Shown here piece after piece: positions 59,736 through 64,000 of a DNA stretch of 64,000 bases. Position numbers and translations under genes: made by a program. The DNA lies in assembly GCA_964573665.1 (NCBI GenBank), contig CAZNKI010000002.1, positions 70,526 to 134,525 of the forward strand, read 5' to 3'. This DNA comes from an uncultured Candidatus Cloacimonadota bacterium (lineage in GTDB: Bacteria > Cloacimonadota > Cloacimonadia > Cloacimonadales > WRIO01). The notes under the pieces are model-generated. The model had not been told where the DNA came from. It worked only from the letters and a program-made list of their open reading frames with translations, and did no database searches. Positions within the stretch are counted from its first letter, which is position 1; each line of letters starts with the position of its first letter.

Positions 59736-60533
59736 ATGATTGATATTCATAATCATCTTTTATTCAATCTTGACGATGGCGCTGATGATCTTGAAACTAC
59801 TCTTCAATATTTAAAACTTGCTGAAGATTCTGGAGTGAAACACTTAGTTTTTACACCACATTACATGCCTGGTTATTACAATAACCATAAAAATAAAATT
59901 CAAACTTCATTTCATGAAGTGTTGAAACATAAAAATGATTACGCCCCGAATTTGACTCTTTATCATTCTGCAGAAGTGTATCTCAATGGTGATACCATCA
60001 TTGATGATATCTATCGGGAAAACTTCTTTATCAATAATACTCAATATGTACTCATCGAAAATAACCTAAATGGCTTTACAGATGATCTTTTTAACTTACT
60101 CTTTCAAATGAACAGAAAGGGTTTACGTCCAATATTAGCACATCCAGAAAGATACAAGGATATTCGTGAAAATGTACAGATTGCAGAAGACTTTATGCAA
60201 AGAGATGTTTATTTGCAAATCAATACAGGCAGCCTATTAGGTGCTCATGGCTCACAAGTTAAGAATGTTGCCCTGGAATTGATTGATAGAGGTTGGGCTC
60301 ATTTCTTAGGATCTGATTGCCATTGTCATTCAGGTGTGTATGATTATGCTGAAGCGCTTGAATTGATTCGAAAAGAGTTTGACGATAAGACAGCTGAACT
60401 GCTCTCAAATACTTTTCCTTCAAAGATGCTTAAGAATGAATCAGTCCCTTATTTTTACCTCAGCAGACAGTTACCCCCAAAGAAGAAAAGTGCTATTGAT
60501 AAATTCTTGTCTTTTATTGGACTATCAGATTAA
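59736..60533 (+). CDS. CpsB/CapC (YwqE-like) PHP-family tyrosine phosphatase
   Basis: 'MIDIHNH...DDGA', 'TPH', 'ILAHPERY', 'LGSDCH'. Confidence 0.9.
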   Translation: MIDIHNHLLFNLDDGADDLETTLQYLKLAEDSGVKHLVFTPHYMPGYYNNHKNKIQTSFHEVLKHKNDYAPNLTLYHSAEVYLNGDTIIDDIYRENFFINNTQYVLIENNLNGFTDDLFNLLFQMNRKGLRPILAHPERYKDIRENVQIAEDFMQRDVYLQINTGSLLGAHGSQVKNVALELIDRGWAHFLGSDCHCHSGVYDYAEALELIRKEFDDKTAELLSNTFPSKMLKNESVPYFYLSRQLPPKKKSAIDKFLSFIGLSD

Positions 60534-60552
60534 TGTGTAAACTGGAGAAGAA

Positions 60553-61527
60553 ATGAAAAAATTGCTTATTACTGGAATTACGGGTTTTATCGGTAAAAAT
60601 GTAGCTCGAAAGATCATAGATCAATATGAAGTAACAGCGCTGATTCGTCCTAAAAGTGCCGTGAACCGCTTTTCTGAGTTTAAAGATAAAATTAACTTTG
60701 TGGAAATAGATCTCGCAAATATCAAAGCGCTAAAAGCTTTCTTAGATAAAAATGCTTTTGATTATATCGTTCATATCGGTGCAATTCGTGGAGGAAGAAA
60801 ATTCTCCAAAGAAGAATATCAAAAAGCGAATGTTTTTGCTACAGAACAATTAGTGCTTAATGCCGTAAAAAATAACTCAAAACTGCTCTTTTGCTCTTCT
60901 GTTGGCGTCTTTGGTGCGATACCAATTGAACTTCCAGCAAACAACCTTACACCAAAACAAGAAGACAATTATTATCATTTTACGAAAATCAGATGTGAAT
61001 CGATTATACAGAAATATGTACTTTCTGGGAAACTCAATGCATATATTCTCAGACCTTCCATTACTTATGGGGGAGAGGACTATGGTTTCCCATATACTTT
61101 ATGCAAACTAATCGACAAAAAGATACTCGTTTATCCCGATCAGCCCATCCGAATCCACATGACACATATCGATTTGATTACTGAAGCCTTTGTTAAAGCG
61201 CTTGAATCAGAATGTCTTAGTGGAAAAGAATGGATCATCGCCGATGATAAACCAGTGATTTTTGAAAACCTGATTCAGTTCATTGCTGATAAGCTTCATC
61301 ATAAAGCATATCCAGACAATCGTAAGATTGACCCTTTCTTTTTTGAAACAGGTGAACGGATTAGTCGTTTGATTAATAGTGAATTATGGGTCAGTCGCTT
61401 TGAGTTGATCTCAAAAAACTGGTATTATGATGTGAAAGATGCTTATGAAGATCTGAAACTAAAAAAATATGAAACGATACCGATGTTCAAGAAAACAATT
61501 GACTGGTATCTGTCCTTAAAAAAATAA
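60553..61527 (+). CDS. NAD-dependent epimerase/dehydratase (extended SDR)
   Basis: 'ITGITGFIG' GxxGxxG, 'CSSVGVFG', catalytic 'YHFTK', 'LRPSITYG'. Confidence 0.88.
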   Translation: MKKLLITGITGFIGKNVARKIIDQYEVTALIRPKSAVNRFSEFKDKINFVEIDLANIKALKAFLDKNAFDYIVHIGAIRGGRKFSKEEYQKANVFATEQLVLNAVKNNSKLLFCSSVGVFGAIPIELPANNLTPKQEDNYYHFTKIRCESIIQKYVLSGKLNAYILRPSITYGGEDYGFPYTLCKLIDKKILVYPDQPIRIHMTHIDLITEAFVKALESECLSGKEWIIADDKPVIFENLIQFIADKLHHKAYPDNRKIDPFFFETGERISRLINSELWVSRFELISKNWYYDVKDAYEDLKLKKYETIPMFKKTIDWYLSLKK

Positions 61528-61539
61528 ACTGGAGTTAAT

Positions 61540-62391
61540 GTGGCTATTCCAATCTTACACTTTTGGGAAAAGTATTATTCCAATCCTGATGAAGGATTAG
61601 GCTCAACTTATGAACGCTTTATGATCAACAGAGTATTGATCAAAGCATTGAGACATTTTAATGTAAAAACTGTACTGGAAGCCCCTTCTTTTGGTTTTAC
61701 TGGAATGAGTGGAATTAACAGTGTGCCTTATGCGCTTAAAGCTTGTGAGGTAACACTAATGGATCATGATCAAAAGAGAATTGAATATATAGAAAAAACA
61801 TGGAAAGAATTGAACTTAGATTTAAAGACGATTTTTACAGAAGATTATTTGAAGATTAATCGCCCTGATAATTGTTTTGATCTTTCATGGAACTTTTCAG
61901 CACTTTGGTTTGTCTCGGATCTCTCCGCTTTTTTAAAGGAACTTGATCGCGTAACCAGAAAAGTCATATTGATCATGGTGCCCAATCAGACAGGGATAGG
62001 CTATATTCAACAAAAGTATTTTGGACAGGATGACTTAAAAAAATATCTGAATGAAGATTTTATCAAGATCCCTCGTATTAAAAGTGAAATGAAGTCCCTG
62101 GGCTGGTCATTGCTTAACCATGAATATATTGATTGCCCACTCTGGCCAGATATTGGGATGTCAAAAGAAGACTTTTTAAAGAAACTTCATCTCTCTGCTT
62201 TACTCCCAAAACAAAAAGTTCAGCATGTAAAAAAACCCGTGACTATATTAGATTATTATTCTGGAAAAGAACCCTCAATGGAAAAACAGTTTGCTGCGTA
62301 TGAGTTCTTTGAAAAACATGCTCCAGAAACTTTTAAAAGATTTTGGGCGCATCATCAGTTTTTACTCTTTACAAAAAATAAGACAAAATAA
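61540..62391 (+). CDS. Putative class I SAM-dependent methyltransferase-like protein
   Basis: GTG start after GGAG; 'VLEAPSFGFTG' motif-I-like, 'VTLMD' motif II, 'FDLSWNFSALWF', 'ILIMVPN'. Confidence 0.55.
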   Translation: MAIPILHFWEKYYSNPDEGLGSTYERFMINRVLIKALRHFNVKTVLEAPSFGFTGMSGINSVPYALKACEVTLMDHDQKRIEYIEKTWKELNLDLKTIFTEDYLKINRPDNCFDLSWNFSALWFVSDLSAFLKELDRVTRKVILIMVPNQTGIGYIQQKYFGQDDLKKYLNEDFIKIPRIKSEMKSLGWSLLNHEYIDCPLWPDIGMSKEDFLKKLHLSALLPKQKVQHVKKPVTILDYYSGKEPSMEKQFAAYEFFEKHAPETFKRFWAHHQFLLFTKNKTK

Positions 62392-62407
62392 TAGTTGATT
62401 TTAATTT

Positions 62408-63418
62408 ATGAATAAAATGATAACAAAGATACTCATTAGTATCGGCATTGGACTTGTTTTTTTGGTGATTTGGTGGCATTGGATTGATTTTCCTTTGCTG
62501 GTATCCTATTTCTCAAAAATCAATGTAAAAGTAGCAATTCTTGCTTTTATCTTTTATATCTTTTCATATTTTATTCGCTCTTATCGATGGAGATTATTAC
62601 TCTCCACTTCCAAAAAGATCAAACAAAAAGACGCTTTCTCTTATCTGATGGCAGGTAACTTTATCAATTATCTGATACCAATCAGAGCAGGTGAAGTGAC
62701 AAAATGTCTCTTTATCAAAAAAAACTACGGCATCCCGATGAGTCAGTCTTTTCCTTCGGTATTTATCGATAAGTTATTCGATATGTTTGGAATCTTTGTG
62801 ATTATTATTCTGATCCCTTTGATCCCAATCAATTTAGATCCATATCTTTCTTCGCTGATCTTTCTTTTGATTTTTGTCTTTTTCTTTGGCGCTTCTGTAC
62901 TTATTTTTGCAACATATAAAGAAGAAAAGGTGATTACTCTTTTGCAAAAGATGTTATTTTTCTTTCCAAAGAAATATAAAATCAAAATCCACGATTTTAT
63001 CGAATTGTTCATTCAAGGAACAGCAATATTCAAAAATCATATCAACTTACTTCTGCCTTGTATCCTTCTTACGCTTTGTTCAGTGGTTTGTGATAGTTTA
63101 TTCTTTTGGAGTGTGTTTAAAGCATTCTCTCAAAAGATTGACTTTGTCTTTGTACTTTTTGGTTATACTTTAATTTTTCTCAGTTATATATTACCACATC
63201 CTCCAGCGCAAATTGGATCAAATGAACTGATCATGGTTCTGATTTTCTCAGTTGGATTTGGCTACTCAAAAGAAATGGTCAGTGCCGTTATGACCTTCTC
63301 TCATCTCATAACAGGCATTATTGTGGTTACAGTGGGTATGCTCGGATTGAGCTACTCTGGATTTAACTTAATTGATTTTTTAAGAAATGGAGATAAAAAT
63401 GAATCAAGAGATGCGTAA
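62408..63418 (+). CDS. UPF0104 / lysylphosphatidylglycerol-synthase TM-domain (flippase-like) membrane protein
   Basis: 'RSYRWRLLL', '[14 protein letters not shown]', 'DKLFD', '[11 protein letters not shown]'; multi-pass membrane protein. Confidence 0.85.
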   Translation: MNKMITKILISIGIGLVFLVIWWHWIDFPLLVSYFSKINVKVAILAFIFYIFSYFIRSYRWRLLLSTSKKIKQKDAFSYLMAGNFINYLIPIRAGEVTKCLFIKKNYGIPMSQSFPSVFIDKLFDMFGIFVIIILIPLIPINLDPYLSSLIFLLIFVFFFGASVLIFATYKEEKVITLLQKMLFFFPKKYKIKIHDFIELFIQGTAIFKNHINLLLPCILLTLCSVVCDSLFFWSVFKAFSQKIDFVFVLFGYTLIFLSYILPHPPAQIGSNELIMVLIFSVGFGYSKEMVSAVMTFSHLITGIIVVTVGMLGLSYSGFNLIDFLRNGDKNESRDA

Positions 63419-64000
63419 TTTAGAAATCCTCGACAATTTAAAAAACACAAAAGAACAGATCTTGAAAGAATTACATAAAGTAATTATTGGTCAGGATCAG
63501 GTGATTGAGCAGATCATGATTGCTATGTTTGCCAACGGACATTGTCTGATTGAAGGTGTGCCTGGTTTAGCAAAAACATTAATGATTTCAACTCTGGCAA
63601 AAATCCTCCAGCTCAAGTTCAGCCGTATTCAATTTACTCCTGACTTGATGCCTTCTGATATTACAGGAACAGAAGTCCTTACTGAAAACAAAAATGATGG
63701 ATCACGCTTCTTCCAGTTTATCAAGGGTCCCATTTTCTCCAATCTGATCTTAGCCGATGAAATTAATAGAACACCACCTAAAACTCAATCAGCTTTACTT
63801 CAGGCGATGCAGGAATTTCAGGTGAGTGTTGGCAATACAACTTATCCTTTAAACGCTCCATTTCTTGTACTGGCGACACAGAATCCTATTGAACAGGAAG
63901 GAACCTATCCTTTGCCTGAAGCGCAGCTTGACCGCTTTATGATGAATATTATTGTTGATTATCCTGATTTTGAAGAAGAAAAGAAAATTGTCATGAGTAC
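63399..64000 (+). CDS. MoxR-family AAA+ ATPase (5' part; runs off the window end)
   Basis: Not in the ORF track. Translated by hand from ATG 63399: 'KVIIGQ', '[14 protein letters not shown]', '[15 protein letters not shown]', '[22 protein letters not shown]', '[22 protein letters not shown]'. Confidence 0.92.
   Translation, partial: MNQEMRNLEILDNLKNTKEQILKELHKVIIGQDQVIEQIMIAMFANGHCLIEGVPGLAKTLMISTLAKILQLKFSRIQFTPDLMPSDITGTEVLTENKNDGSRFFQFIKGPIFSNLILADEINRTPPKTQSALLQAMQEFQVSVGNTTYPLNAPFLVLATQNPIEQEGTYPLPEAQLDRFMMNIIVDYPDFEEEKKIVMS

Noticed and set aside
970-63012. Many 60-135 aa ORFs lying antisense or out-of-frame inside long genes
   Set aside because: They are fully contained in confidently assigned CDSs and have no motifs or RBS; treated as shadow ORFs.

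Overview
AT-rich bacterial chromosomal window, most likely from an anaerobic FCB-group organism (Cloacimonadota-like). This placement is inferred from a fused LpxC-FabZ, a protein with an 'NYPNPFNP...IYNIKGQLV' T9SS/FlgD-type C-terminal domain, a Thi4 thiazole synthase, and a GGGP/DGGGP synthase pair. The window is mostly housekeeping and envelope genes: proS, a TPP-riboswitch thi4-thiE-thiC-thiD operon, rlmD, folC, uvrA, typA, skp-lpxD-lpxC/fabZ-lpxA, alaS, ruvB, oadG/oadA-like and tldD/pmbA. Three things stand out. (1) An apparent 8-gene operon at 57.2-64 kb opens with the archaeal-type ether-lipid core (polyprenyl synthase, DGGGP synthase, GGGP synthase) and continues into phosphatase, epimerase, methyltransferase, UPF0104 flippase-like and MoxR genes, in a genome that also encodes lipid A synthesis. 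(2) A MotA/MotB-type stator pair has no flagellar neighbours and is followed by a pseudo-receiver protein and a small protein that reads as a catalytically dead Hint (intein-like) fold. (3) The intergenic spaces hold several families of short REP-like palindromes (GTAG-, GGAG- and TTCGTT-tagged) with compensatory base changes and conserved module order. No rRNA, tRNA, transposase, integrase or cas gene was recognised. All assignments come from motif reading by eye; no database search was run.
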